In this document: piece after piece, positions 52,061 to 64,000 of the stretch
Position numbering within the stretch: position 1 is the first letter of the stretch
How the letters are laid out: each line of letters opens with the position of its first letter
Assembly: GCF_018350175.1 (NCBI RefSeq)
Contig: NC_058368.1
Span: 60,142,001-60,206,000 of the forward strand
Reading direction: 5' to 3'
DNA from: Felis catus
Lineage: Eukaryota
DNA: 64,000 nt
The notes under the pieces: model-generated
What the model was told of the DNA's origin: nothing
Database searches by the model: none
Seen by the model: only the letters and a program-made list of their open reading frames with translations
Made by a program: the position numbers and the translations under genes

Positions 52061-52259
52061 TTTTTTTAGTTTATTTATTTTGAGTGAGAAATAGAGGGCA
52101 AGCAAGGGAGGGACAGAGAGGGAGAAAGAGAATCCCAAGAAAGCTGTGCACTGTCAGTGTAGAGCCCCATGCTGGGCCTGAACTCACAAACTGCCAGATC
52201 ATGACCTGAGCTGAAACCAAGAGTCCCACGCTTAACCGACTGAGCCATTCAGGTGTTCC
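52061..52259 (-). mobile_element. CAN-SINE, older subfamily, inserted in L1
   Basis: Minus-strand GGAACACCTGAATGGCTCAGTCGGTTAAGCGTGGGACTCTTGG; TSD ATTGTGTATACTTT (52047-52060) / ATTATGTATACTTT (52261-52274). Confidence 0.92.
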
Positions 52260-52590
52260 AATTATGTATACTTTCGATATAATGTAATAAGAAAGGAATT
52301 ATACTTCTGTGTTTTTTTTTTCTCAGCAACCCATAAACCAAGTTTAATCATGAGAAAAAGCATAGGACTAATCCATTTCAGCTACAGACTACAAAATACC
52401 TATCCAGTACTCATCAAATTGTCAAAGTCATTGAAAACAAAGAAAGCCTTAGAGACTATCACATCCAAGAGGGGTCTAAGGAGACATGATGCCTAACTGT
52501 AATTTGGTATGTTCTGGAATCCTGACACAGCAAAATGACATTATAAAATAATTAAGAAAATCTGAAAAAGTGTAGACTTTAGCTAATAAT

Positions 52591-53192
52591 TGTCAAGCAG
52601 GGTGTCATGCACCAGTTGTTGATTCCAAGGGAGGACTCAAAGAACATGGAAAATATCAAAGATCAACACTGTGGCAACCACCAGAAATAAAAGTCTAAAC
52701 ACTGCTGCCCATTGCATCTTGGTATCAGCATCATCAAGGAAAACACAGCATAATCAAACACTGGATAGAACACAGCATAATCAAACACTGGATAGAACAC
52801 AGCATAATCAAACACTGGATAGAGCAAGACCAGATTCAATAGGGGCTGGGTCCCCTGGGACCAGTGATCTCTCTTGTACCCAATTCAAGGCAATGAGTCT
52901 ATGCGTACCTCTCTCTTGCTGCAGTGGACAATCCTAATCCTTTTCTGTGGCATCTAAAAATATTGAAACCTGGGGGCATATTTGAGGGCCACTGATATTT
53001 TTGTTTTAGCAGAAGGAAGGGATATACCCTGAGCCTGAAACAGAAGAGATATTCCCACACAAGATGATAAGCCCAGCACAGACTATGTCGTCTCTTTATC
53101 TCTTGGTAAGAAAGTGTGCCAGGCCCAAGGACCATTTTTACACAGCCAGTGAAGGTTGAAAAACTGCAAACATGAGACTGCTTTCTCCAACA
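52591..53192 (-). mobile_element. ERVL-class solo LTR (LTR52/MER77-like) inserted in L1 3'UTR
   Basis: TG...CA termini; minus strand starts TGTTGGAGAAAGCAGTCTC; 5-bp near-TSD ATAAT/ATAAA; cleanly interrupts L1 sequence. Confidence 0.75.
52742..52822. repeat. 27-bp minisatellite, 3 perfect copies (AACACAGCATAATCAAACACTGGATAG)
   Basis: Copies at 52742-52768, 52769-52795 and 52796-52822, read directly. Confidence 0.98.
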
Positions 53193-53304
53193 ATAAAAAT
53201 ATATTGATATTAGTTCATTGATTGTAACAAATATGCCATACTAATATAAACTGTCAATATTTGGGAAATTGGGTTTGGAGTATACAGGAGCTCTCTGTAT
53301 ATTG

Positions 53305-53369
53305 AGACTAGCCAGTACCCTAAATTGTTTAAGTTAACTCCTTAAAATGAATCTTTTTCTTTTTCTGTG

Positions 53370-53402
<33 letters not shown>

Positions 53403-53530
53403 AATCTCCAGCCTAATATACATCTTAATATCTATCTACCTACCTACCTACCTATCTTTCCTCTCTCCATCTACCTATCTTTCCTATTGTCTTATTTGTT
53501 CTGTTTCTCTGGAGAACCTTTTCTGATACA
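53305..53530 (+). mobile_element. MLT2 LTR 3' fragment containing (GT)n
   Basis: ccttaaaatgaatct...(GT)n...ttgttctgtttctctggagaacc...tgataca matches an MLT2 3' terminus. Confidence 0.7.
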
Positions 53531-53534
53531 AAGA

Positions 53535-54650
53535 ATGCTAATATTGTTATTCTCTAGTTTGCTGTGCTGTGTGCATATTATGGGATATTCTAATTCTGCA
53601 ATCCCTGTATCCTTGAGAACCAGGAAACACAGTGTGGAAATAAGGAGACACAGATTCAATATAGAAGAGTTTCAGTAAAAGCCCTGTAGTTTAATATTTC
53701 AATTGAAACTGTATGAACACACAAAAGTGTGTGTAGCGGGGGTGTGGGTGTGGGTTTGGGTATGTGTGTATTATATATTTTCCTATATGTAACCACTGAG
53801 AATAACTAAAAATGTTGACCAGCATAGTAGCAATGAGCATTCCTAGTGGTCTAATTCTGGTCATAACATGACATCTCATACTTTAAAAATGTAGTGCTTT
53901 TTAGAGAAATAAATAATTCCAGTTCTGGGCAAAAATAAATGTATAAGATTAGCCTGAGTTTCCTGTTAAATCAGATATCAAAAAGCTATTAATGTTTACT
54001 GAGATACTGTCAAAGGCTGGAAAGCCAGCTTGAAAAAGTTTCTGCTGTCAAAGAACACCATTTGACCCCATTAGGAATAACATTTGCAATGTGTTAAAAT
54101 CTATCAAGTATGTTCAAATTTATGAGTTTATAATGATATTAAAGTATTTTAAAATCTCTATAGGATAATAGGCTACCTTTACAGTATCTTAAATATAGAA
54201 AATAAAACACACAAAGAAATAAAATGAAATAAAATAATTATACTGTCTTTTCTTTGATATATACCACTATGTAACCAAAGAGTAGAAAAGGGTAGGTGAT
54301 TATTTATAAAATTATTCCATATGGGGTGCCTGAGTGGCTCAGTCGGTTAAGCGTCCGACTCCGGCTCAGGTCATGATCTCACGGCCTGTGAGTTCAAGCC
54401 CTGCGTCAGGCTCTGTGCTGACAGCTCGGAGTCTGGAGCCTGCTTTGGATTCTGTGTCTCTTCGTCTCTCTGCTCCTCCCATGCTCATGCTCTGTCTCTC
54501 TCTGTCAATAATAAATAAACATTAAAAAAATTAAAAAAATAAAATTATTCCATATATAAATAAAAATATGTGATAGGATTAGAATATTACAAGTTGTCAA
54601 CCTCCAACAAATTAATGGATCTAGCAATGAACATCAATATCTTCTAATAC
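53535..54650 (+). mobile_element. Old L1 3'UTR (L1MC4-like), interrupted by a SINE
   Basis: attatgggatattctaattctg...ccttgagaaccagg...tagcaatgagcattcctagtg...attaatggatctagcaatgaacatcaat. Confidence 0.6.
54323..54539 (+). mobile_element. CAN-SINE
   Basis: GGGGTGCCTGAGTGGCTCAGTCGGTTAAGCGTCCGAC head; perfect 16-bp TSD TAAAATTATTCCATAT at 54307-54322 and 54540-54555. Confidence 0.97.
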
Positions 54651-55129
54651 TGTGTTCACCTCATTAAAATTCATTAAACTATTTTTTATTTTGTATATTT
54701 TTCTTGTATCTGTGTTTTATTAATAATAAAAAAGGTTAACACTAAAGAATATAGTACCATGTTAGTGATTATATCAATTATCTCATCAATTTATTAAAAA
54801 TTGAGTTATTTAAAGGAGACACTTTATACCTTTACATAATTGCAGGGCAGAGATATTTTATGCCCCTCTAATTATTTGAGTTTCATTAGGGAATGTTCCA
54901 TTAAACATTTTTAAAATCTTCATTTGCAATTATAAAATTTTAAAGCATACTTTTTATTCTTAACTATTAATTTAACTCTCTTCTGTAACTTAGTGTAATT
55001 TCTAGGTTCACTTTTTATGCATTGACTGAGTATTAAATTATTCACCATAAATACCATTTCTATGACAGAATATTTTGGTTTGGACCTACCTATCATCCTA
55101 AACTCCTTTTTGGAAATATCTCCTATACG

Positions 55130-55650
55130 CCCACTCTTGCAGGCTATATGAGCAAACAGTGTCTCCCTCTGTGGCACCAAGCTTAGGACATGTCATCCAC
55201 GTTTAGCCAAGGCAAGAATGAAATCCTCGTATCCAGAGTGTTTTTACTGGTGGAACACCACATAACACAGTATTAGTAAATGCATATAGCACTAGCTCCT
55301 GGTCACAGTGGTTATTTCAAGAGTAGACATATTACCTACTTTGTAAGCAAAGTAAACATGATGATTATAGGATAATACTAAAATAAAAGCTCTCTTATTC
55401 TGCTAGCTTGATACCTAGGAGATTTAGGATTGGGTCTGAGGGCAGAAATTCCATCATCACTTGATGCTGGAGAAAAACCATTATGAATAGAAACATGAGA
55501 TAAAAAAAAAAGCACACTATTTCTGATGACGGTGTTTGACACCCAGATTAAGACAGAACTGATGACAGTTCTTGGATTTTCATTTAAATAATATGGTAAT
55601 TGCCTTTTTTGCGTAAGTCAATTTGAGTTGGGTTTTGTGACAATTGCACT
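55130..55650 (+). mobile_element. Ancient MaLR LTR (MLT1K/L-like)
   Basis: ggtcacagtggtt...ctgatgacggtgtttgacacccagatt...cttggattttc...taagtcaatttgagttgggttttgtgacaattgc. Confidence 0.6.
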
Positions 55651-55873
55651 ATTATATTTGCCATGTTCCATTCAAGTAATGGCATGTCCAAATAACATAA
55701 TTGTTTGCTATGACAGTTATCCTTGAATGTGTTTGAACATATCAGAGAAAATTGATAAAAAAAGTTTACTTAAAATATTTTGTCAAACACTGTGGTAGAT
55801 AAATAAAATTTGACAAGATCATTGTTACATTTAGAATGCTACGTCTTTGTTCATTTCTTTTAAAAGGCTTATC

Positions 55874-56075
55874 AGGGCACCTGGGCGACTCAGTCAGTTA
55901 AGCATCCGACTCTTAATTTCAGCTCAGGTCATGATCTCACAGTTGTGAGATCGTGTTCCAGGCTCAGCATGGAGCCTGCTTGGGATTCTCTTTCTCCCTC
56001 TCTCTCTGCCCCTCCCCACTACTTAAAATAAATAAATAAACATCTAAATAAAATAAAATAAAATTAAATTAAATT
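55874..56075 (+). mobile_element. CAN-SINE, older subfamily
   Basis: AGGGCACCTGGGCGACTCAGTCAGTTAAGCATCCGACTCTTAATTTCAGCTCAGG; TSD AAAGGCTTAT at 55863-55872 and 56076-56085. Confidence 0.93.
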
Positions 56076-56220
56076 AAAGGCTTATAATCTCTACTATGTG
56101 AAGTACATAACACCAGATATAAGACATGTGATCCATTTGGGACCAATTTAAGACTGAAGGGATATAACAGGAAGAGATAAACAGTTGAAGAAGATAATAT
56201 TTGGTTCAAGAACTTTATGA

Positions 56221-56221
<1 letters not shown>

Positions 56222-56254
<33 letters not shown>
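56222..56254. repeat. (CA)16 microsatellite
   Basis: Perfect run read directly. Confidence 0.97.
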
Positions 56255-56258
<4 letters not shown>

Positions 56259-56944
56259 TATGAAAATGTTAGGTTTGAAATTGTTACTTGTCTACTTCTT
56301 TCCCTTGATTATCTTACCTCTTCCTCTTCTACTACTACCCTGAATACAACCTAAAATCCAATCTCTATGCACACTGTCTGGGTACAGAACCATATAGCTT
56401 TGACTGGGCTCCCTAGAAGCAGGAGTTGGAACTCAGGAGTTGGAAACTCCTTCAAAAGCTTTAGACGGACACTCTCAGAAGACAGGGAGTGAATGAAACA
56501 AGATAGATCAAGGGTGGACAAACTAAGTAAAATTTAGTTCTTAGCTGGGGATTAGTCCGCCACCTAGGCACCTAGGCTGCCTATCACAGCCTGTTGTGCC
56601 AGAGAAAGCTGGGCACCGCTAATTTGTTGCTTACACAGCACTTTGACTATGTCTTTATGATCACTTATTGCGGTATAATATAGTAACTTGCTTACAAGGT
56701 GTCTTCTCCGGTCTGAGAATTAATTAAAGATAGTAATTAAGTCTGTAATCTCTATTTCCCCAATGCCCAACACAGTGATGTAATCATATGTTATTATTGA
56801 TTACACATATGTTAATTTTTAATTGGTTGAAGTTGCTGACAAAACAACAAAGACAAAGCTGAAATTTTGGATACATAGACCAATTGATACAGAATGCTTT
56901 TTAGAGGTGACTCTCTGAGAGTAAGTAAACCATTGACCACACAG

Positions 56945-57105
56945 GCGACCTGGAAGTTCCTTTAACTCTCAGTTTCTTAATGTGAGAAACAAGGATGATA
57001 AATATTGCTACAGATCTGTTTCTAGGACTAATTGAGATAATGTGTATAATTGATATAAATGTATGTAATGTACAATGAGTAGTGAATAGTAGGTATTGAA
57101 CATAT
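56945..57105 (+). mobile_element. MIR fragment
   Basis: gacctggaagttcctttaactctcagtttcttaatgtgagaaacaaggatgataa...aggactaattgagataatg. Confidence 0.6.
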
Positions 57106-59039
57106 GCCAGGTATTATGTAGCTTGCATTTCCAATGATTTTGCTAAAAACCATAAATGATTGTAAGAAAATTTTAATGTCTCAAACTCATGATGAAATTT
57201 AATGCTTTAAGTATTTTTTAAAGAGTGAAGAAAAGAAGGGGAAAGGATGAATTCGATATTTTCTGTATCTGTGTTTTATTAGATATTTGAATTTGTGGTA
57301 CATGACAGAATATATCATAGATATTGCTGTTCTTTCCTGCAGCTACTGGTATCCTTCAGATATATACATATCCTCTCATTGCTGAGGCTAGAATTTGTCC
57401 TGGCTGAGGTCAGTTTAATTCATTAATGTCATCATGTTATTGGTCCCTAAAGGAGAATTTCACATTTTAATCTCAAATAGCTCTCTCAGTTTATAAAAGA
57501 TATTTGAGGGGTGACAGAAAACATGAAAAATAACAAAGACATAACTCCTGCAGCTTTCTTAATTAATTTGATTTCTTTAATTAATTATTCCACAAGATTG
57601 TGTTCACTACAGCAATGATTCACTCTGCTAGAGAATTAGCAAAGACCATCCTATTGTTGCTGAGATAGTTTTTGATTGTTGTTTGTTGTAACCTAAAAAT
57701 GTGTTTTCAAGAAATAAAGGCTCCTGATCCTGAATTATGTCAAGAATATTTCAAGATATTGATTATTAGAATACATTGTCACTCTTCTGAAATCTTTACT
57801 AAGGAACGTTGTTAGAAATTGAAATATCTAATCACAGATAAAAGGATTATATTACAATTTGTTTTTATGCCTATTTTCATCTGCTTTATTCTTCTTTTTG
57901 GCTTTATTCTTTCTTTGTAACTTCTTATTAATCAAAATTTGAGAATATGTGGATTAAAGATTTGATTGATATGTGGAATTCAGAGAATGTTAAGCACTGC
58001 TCTCATTTTCTGTTTTTACTAAAAGTTCTGAATGAATTAAACATAGAGTAAAAAATGTGTTGGACTGAAACATGGTTGGTCTAAAATACTGTAATGTGTG
58101 TCTGTGTGCATGAACTCTATCAAAGAGCAGAAATGTAGAAAGACCACCAACAATGGAGCTTGGACAAAAATGCATGTCTTTAAGTTGGGTCTCTATATCT
58201 TACTTTTCCTTGATTACTATTGGCATATCTAGTATATAGAAGAGAACTTGGCCCTGAGAAGTTGCTTGTTGAATGCTTGTCAACTGATTGACTCACAGAT
58301 TGACCTAATACGATACGCTTTCATGTAAATAAAAATTAAAAATGTAGAAAAACCATACACTGGTTTTTTAATCTGTTAGTCTATTTAGATTTTCATAAAT
58401 CCATTGTCTAATGCTTCTGTGAAACATGTCAATCTTTGTTTTGGCCTTTTGCAAACTTCAAGGTTAATTGTGCATGGCAAAAAAAAATTTTTTTTTTATT
58501 CATTCATTTATTTACTCATTCTGGTGACAAGTACTTAGTGAATCCTTATTACTTGTCTGAGACTATGATAAATATGGAGTGAAAGATAACAGAATTCTAA
58601 ATATATACAACAAAAATAGAAGACTATCAAACATTAATAGGCAACATATAAAAATTGAAAACTAATACAGATAATTCAGGTCTACTAACTGATGACTTCC
58701 ATTACATGACCATATACGCTACAGTATTAATATCATAAAAGGGTTAAAGAAGGCAGAGCCAACGATGTCACAAATGTTCTAATCCTACCTTCAAAATGCA
58801 ACAAGCAGAATGGATGTTGTAGAATAGCTTCCGAGAGCTCATTTCTATTCTTATTTCTCACCTACATAATTCAATGAAATAAAGCACTCTAAAACAGCAG
58901 GTATTGAAAGGTGTTTTTAAAGGGCCAGTCATCACAGGTGCATACAATTAAAATACTGAATTCACCAATTTTGGCCCATCCTCCAAATTCTACTTCTCAA
59001 TTCTCAGAGTTCATATTGTATATCTATCCCACATTGTTT

Positions 59040-59400
59040 TTGAATACTTTTTATTTCCCAGGTTCTGTTCTGGGAAATATTTCCTAGGCACGTTATGAAC
59101 AAGATCTATAAAGTTTTTGCTCTCGGGCAACTTGTATTTTAATTGGGAAGACAAAATAAATCTAAAATTAAAACAATCTGAGGCCAGAATGAGTGCTGTA
59201 GAGAAAAATGCAGGAAAGCAGTCAATAGTGGAAAGGCTACTTTAGACAGTTAGCAGGGATGGCTTGGTAAGGAACCAACATTTAAGGAAAGTCCTAAATT
59301 ATGTGAGTGGGGTCATTGCTTGCTAGGAACATAATGTTTATAGGCCCTAAAGTGGAAATGAACTTGGAATAAAATAGACACAGGAAAAATGCCCCATTGT
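59040..59400 (-). mobile_element. L2 3' fragment
   Basis: tgaatacttt...ccaggttctgttctggg...tgaacaagat...gctactttagac...aaggccctaaagtggaaatgaacttgg. Confidence 0.55.
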
Positions 59401-60037
59401 GCAAAAGAAGGGAGCCTTAGGGAGAGAAGGAAATAGGAACAACAGTTATCTTGGCTATTGCTAGACCACCATTTATTTGCCTTTTATAAATGAGGCAAGC
59501 CTTAAAAACATTATAATATTCTTCCCCTTTCTTTGTCAACCCCAACAGTTTCCCCTTAAATAACAAGTCTATTCCCAAATAGCCCAAAATTTGGGGCTTC
59601 TTTTTTCACTGGTCCAATTAGCCCTAAACCTAGTCAGAGACATGGGAAGTTTAAAGCTACTCCTGGATCAAGAAATTACTCTTTCTGAGGGATTTAAAAT
59701 TTAGTAATGCATAAATCAATGCTTCTCTGGACAGAGAATGTATATTGATATATTTACATTTATATTGATTCCAGTCAATATAAAATTATGTATAAACAGC
59801 TCACTTTAAAATAAAATGCCCTACCCCTCTGATCCTTGCAGTAAGATAATGTAGATTTCACTTCCCTTCTTTAAGAGGGGGAAATTATTAAACGTTTGTT
59901 AGAGAAATTTTCTGAGCTTATGCTTTTCATCTTCCAAGTGAGATGGTCACAATGGAGCTTCAGATAATATTCTGTAGGAGGCAGAAGAAGACTTCCATCT
60001 CTCTGACCACATTCCCAAGAGAGAGTTTTCAGTTAAT

Positions 60038-60695
60038 TATTGAAAATAGAGTCCTTATTCTTCTGTATACTCACAAACTAGAAAAATCTTTGACCATCCT
60101 ATCATTTGGTCTTTGCTCTTGAAAGATATCCACAAAACATTCACGGTCATGATACTGACACTGTAAGAGTAAATACAAAAAAAAAAAAAAAAATCCAGCT
60201 GGAAATAAAGGAAGAGATCCCAACTCTACCTTCACTTCCCTTTGCTTATTTACTTTAGAACATTTAAAAATGTAAGTTTTTTCTTTGTGAAATGTATGTA
60301 AATCTTTTTAAAAGCAAAATCAGCATCTCCTCAGTTTTAAGACCAAGAAATGTCCTTCTGAAGGACCTGGGAACCTTCTTTTTTTAAACCCAATCATCAA
60401 AGCAGATAGCATCCCTATCTACCACTTTCTGTGGGAAGGTAGGTGCCTAACTTTAGTGGACACCTTCATCCAAACTGCAAAACTACCTTCTGTCACTAAG
60501 ATAAAAGAAGTTCGGAGCACCTGGGTGGCTCAGTCAGTTGAACATCTGACTCAAGATTTTGATTCAGGTCATAATCTCACATTAGCGAGATAAAGCCCCA
60601 CATCTGGCTCCTCTCTGGACATGGAGACTGCTTAGGATTCTCTCTTGCCCTCTACCTCTGCCCCTCCCCCTTCTTTCTCTCTCTCTCTGTCTCTG

Positions 60696-60746
<51 letters not shown>

Positions 60747-61063
60747 GTTCTTTCTGGATAAAGCCACTTAGCTCAGAGAGATTCACCCTTATTACCAGCT
60801 AGCATTCAGATACACCAGGTGCTATTATTTATATTAGATTTATATTGAGTACACACACATATGTAAAGAGTTGTATGTGCTTAGCTATAAAAGAGTATGA
60901 TTTCTTTCAGTGTCTGCAATTTCTTAGCGCATTGCCTCAGATGTACATCATATTATGGTTTAATGCTTATCCAACAATAAAACTGCTTTCTTTCTCTTCT
61001 GACTTGTTGGCCAGGTTTTCTGGGTTAGGAAAAGACTTTGGTTTTCAGTATATTTCTCCAACA
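60038..61063 (+). mobile_element. ERV1-class LTR (MER4-group-like), interrupted by a SINE and probably followed by internal leader to about 61400
   Basis: gaaatgtatgtaaatctttt...gaaggacctgggaacc...ctgtgggaaggtagg...AATAAAactgctttctttctcttct...tatatttctccaaCA terminus. 5' boundary uncertain. Confidence 0.65.
60514..60742 (+). mobile_element. CAN-SINE, diverged, with tail replaced by (AG)22
   Basis: GGAGCACCTGGGTGGCTCAGTCAGTTGAAC head; (CT)n, then GAAAA, then AG x22 at 60699-60742. Confidence 0.9.
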
Positions 61064-62101
61064 ATTCATAGACCACAGATCTGAAGCCAGGGCTAAGATT
61101 GAGAAGTTCTGTGGTGTTTGGGACTAACAAAGCAGGAGCTGACAGATATTCAAAGAAAAAACAGTCATCAAGTTGAGGAAAGGTATTATAAGAGTGTGAA
61201 TCTGAAGGTGCCAACACCGGTTCAGGAACTGAGAAATGAATCAGAGATATAATGATGCATTCCAAACTGTGATTTGAAGACTGCACATAAGGAGCTGTAG
61301 CAGGGGGACGGCGACTTCAGCTGTGACGAAGAGTGTGGATATTGCTCAGAACATGGTTGAGGCTCTTCTGGGGTCTTGCACCTAGTGAAAGCAAAGTCCT
61401 TCTTATTTAAATGTTTTTTCCAGGAATAAAGGCCTTTATGTCCATATACTTTTCACACTATGCCAGGGAGAGAGAATTCAAAATTCCAAGAGAGGCTCCC
61501 AAAGAACTCTCTCTGTTAAATAAGCAAATCTTTGAGTTTATCATTTTATTTTATTTTTTCAAATTGAAAAAATTAAGATAAATTCAGCCAGTGAAAATAG
61601 ATTTGAAAGTTTATAGTTTTTCTTCTTTCCCCTGACTTTATGTTGGCAAAGAGAAGGCAAGCAAGTATGTGGACATTTCGAACATGTAATCAGTATTTTT
61701 CTTGCCATTTCTCCTTTGCTGTAAGGGGCTTAAAATGTAAGTCCCTTAAATTAATAACCTCAAGGGACTTCCACAAAATCAATGTATAAACCACATATTT
61801 TTTTTTCAGAGGGAAAGCAATTATTACCGACATTTATGTCGGAAGAATAGACTTGTGTTCCAGGTTTCTATGGATGGGATTATAAATTCTAAAGGAATAT
61901 TCTCAAACCATAATACCTCAATTGGCTGTGTATCCTTATTGGCAAGAGAACCACACAATGTAGCCAAAGTCTGGGAAGATCAACAAAAACAGAGAGAGCA
62001 AGCAGGTCAAAAAATAAATAGGATTTGTTGTCTAACAGCAGGGAGAATTTGTGCTACACTCTGGCTGATGTTCCCTGATGTATGAGCAGATATAATTTCC
62101 C

Positions 62102-62103
<2 letters not shown>

Positions 62104-62145
<42 letters not shown>
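62104..62145. repeat. (GT)21 microsatellite
   Basis: Perfect run read directly. Confidence 0.97.
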
Positions 62146-62147
<2 letters not shown>

Positions 62148-63354
62148 CTTTTCTCCACCAGTAAGAATTAAGCCATAGTTGTCCTTATTCATAATAGTTC
62201 TACAGGACTGGGATTTCTTGAGGTTTGCAATTAAAAGTGTGACAGGAGATATAATTTGAATAGAAAAAATAACTTTTATTTTCATGTGTGTGTATGCATA
62301 TGCATATAGTTTTTATTTTCTTAAAAGTCAAATAATTCAAAGTTGTACTTAATCCAAGCTCATTATAATTATTTCTATATCTGTCTTGCATGCTAAAGAA
62401 ACAATTTAAATTTCCATTCTTATTTCTAATATCTCATGAAGTAAAAAAATAATAATAATTCAGATTGCTCTAAATGACTTTGACTTTTTCATAATGTGAA
62501 TATCTTGTATGTATGTTCAATTACCTTATTTTGCATAAATATGACATAATTAAACTTTATTGCTTATAATTTACACCATGATTAATCATAGCTGAAAGGC
62601 CATGCTTGCATTCCACACAGTGCTTTAAAATAAAATGCCTTTCCAAATGAACAAATGTTCAGTATTAATAATTGCATTTGGAAGTGCTTTTATCCAAAAC
62701 TACTTGTATGATTATTCTAGAAATAGTCAACGTCAGAAAGTGGCGTTTTAATGGATAAATTACTTTCTATAATAGCAAACCATTTACTTAGTGGAATAGA
62801 GAAGATTTGGGAAAGTAACTCCCCATCAATAAGTACAACTTTTGCATGTAAATTTGTATATTACTGAAAAAAAACCTTGCCATGTTTTTTCCTTTTAAAT
62901 AATTGACCGCTTTAGTTTTATATCTCAACATTTTTAAAACATGAAAGTATTTATTAGCAAACAGCTGCACATCTGACGCACTTAAACATAAGTAAATAAT
63001 GTGGATCATGATCACATTTCATTGAAGTATAAATTTGTCATTTGGCAATTTATCTATCCATTATGAAAAAGATACCAAAATAAAATAATGTTATTAATGA
63101 AACATTTTTTTTGTTTTTTTTTTTTCTGGAATATATGAAAAAATCTGTAGCATACTCGGTTTTAAAGGTATCATGATGTTCATCAAAACGCAAATTTACT
63201 TTCTGTAGGCAAGCGGTCAGCTTGCGGTTGCTGCTAAGGAAAGACAAACCTCGGGGAGATGACCAAGCCCTCTCTACCACCGCTTCCGGCACTGACCCTA
63301 GTTTGCAGATAGCAGGACCTCAGGCTAAATCAGCACTGCCCTACTCTCCTATAG

Positions 63355-63860
63355 TAAGCTAAGGAGGGTAGAGTCAGGAAAACACACACACACTAATTAT
63401 TAAACAAAGATAATTGAGTATTGGTGATTGGCTAAACATAACAGAGAATTGAAAGGAAAAAGGAACACTGAAGTATCTGCAGGTTACCCTGGGGCTGTGG
63501 AAAAGGAAGGATCTGCATGGCCAGATCTAGAACTGGGGAGGAAGGGCCCTGGGACATAGGATTGGGACCCAGACCTCTGATAAGAGCAGCTGGGTGGTGC
63601 TGGTGCCTCTGAAGGGATGTGATGATGAGAGGCCTGGCAGGGCACCAGGAAGCTGAGCCTGGAACCAGTGGCCACTTCCAAGGTAAAAGATTATTGCTAT
63701 GGCGACACTGATAAAAACCCAAAGCATAAAGGGAGGGGGCCTGCCTTGTCCCCTCCTCCTCTCTTCTAGTCACCATCTATTGTTCCTACTTCAAACCCTG
63801 AGGAAGAACCAGCAGACAAAGGAGGTGTCAGCCTACTGGCCCCAGCCTAGTATCAGAAGG
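63355..63860. mobile_element. Ancient LTR fragment (LTR78/79-like)
   Basis: agggtagagtcaggaaaacacacacacactaattatt...ggaacactgaagtatctgcaggttaccctggggctg...tcctcctctcttctagtc resemble old mammalian LTRs. Family uncertain. Confidence 0.4.
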
Positions 63861-64000
63861 GAACATTTAAAAGGGTAGGTTTGAAAGAAAGAGGGGTCAC
63901 TTAATTAGCTCTATTTGTACCTTCCACGAAAATAGATCACCAGAGGGAGTTCCATGCTATAGTCTCAATGTTATATATTTTTGGAAGTGGGAAAGGATTT

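Larger units (their letters stand above)
51015..53300 (+). mobile_element. Old L1 3'UTR (L1MC3/L1MD-like), interrupted by a SINE and an LTR
   Basis: atccaggtttctcaatgttggagtg...agaagcaatgacacccca...aaatggctgattccaggact...; sequence resumes across the 52591-53192 LTR (gactttagctaataat | ...gatattagttcattgattgtaacaaat...gagctctctgtat). Confidence 0.75.

Noticed and set aside
52742..52822. 27-bp direct repeats as a CRISPR array
   Set aside because: Repeats are contiguous with no spacers, there are no cas genes, and the context is a mammalian LTR.
1..64000. Prokaryotic, viral or horizontally acquired insert, or a novel multi-gene system
   Set aside because: No long ORFs, operon-like structure or sharp compositional break; everything is consistent with felid non-coding DNA.

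Overview
This window is AT-rich, CpG-depleted mammalian nuclear DNA from a felid (cat family). I count 18 carnivore tRNA-derived SINEs (CAN-SINE/SINEC), three of them of the young felid type headed GGGGCGCCTGGGTGGCGCAGTCGGTTAAGCGTCCGACTTCAGCCAGGTCACG. I can support no protein-coding gene, rRNA, tRNA gene or CRISPR array. The supplied short ORFs are chance ORFs or read-throughs of SINEs, microsatellites and L1s. The window looks intergenic or deep-intronic and is a layered record of transposable elements: old L1 (L1MC/MD/ME, L1MA-type), L2, MIR, MaLR (MLT1), ERVL (LTR41/MLT2-like LTRs, decayed gag-pro), ERV1-type solo LTRs, hAT-Blackjack MITEs and microsatellites. Repeat family names come from my recollection of consensus sequences, not from a database search; target-site duplications (TSDs) and tandem/inverted repeats were read directly from the sequence. 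I found no convincing previously undescribed biological system. The best observations are a SINE that re-used an older SINE's target site (order provable from the TSD), a nested TE stack at 10.2-14.1 kb, a perfect 27-bp x3 VNTR inside an old LTR, inverted SINE and LTR pairs, and a few speculative regulatory or exon candidates.
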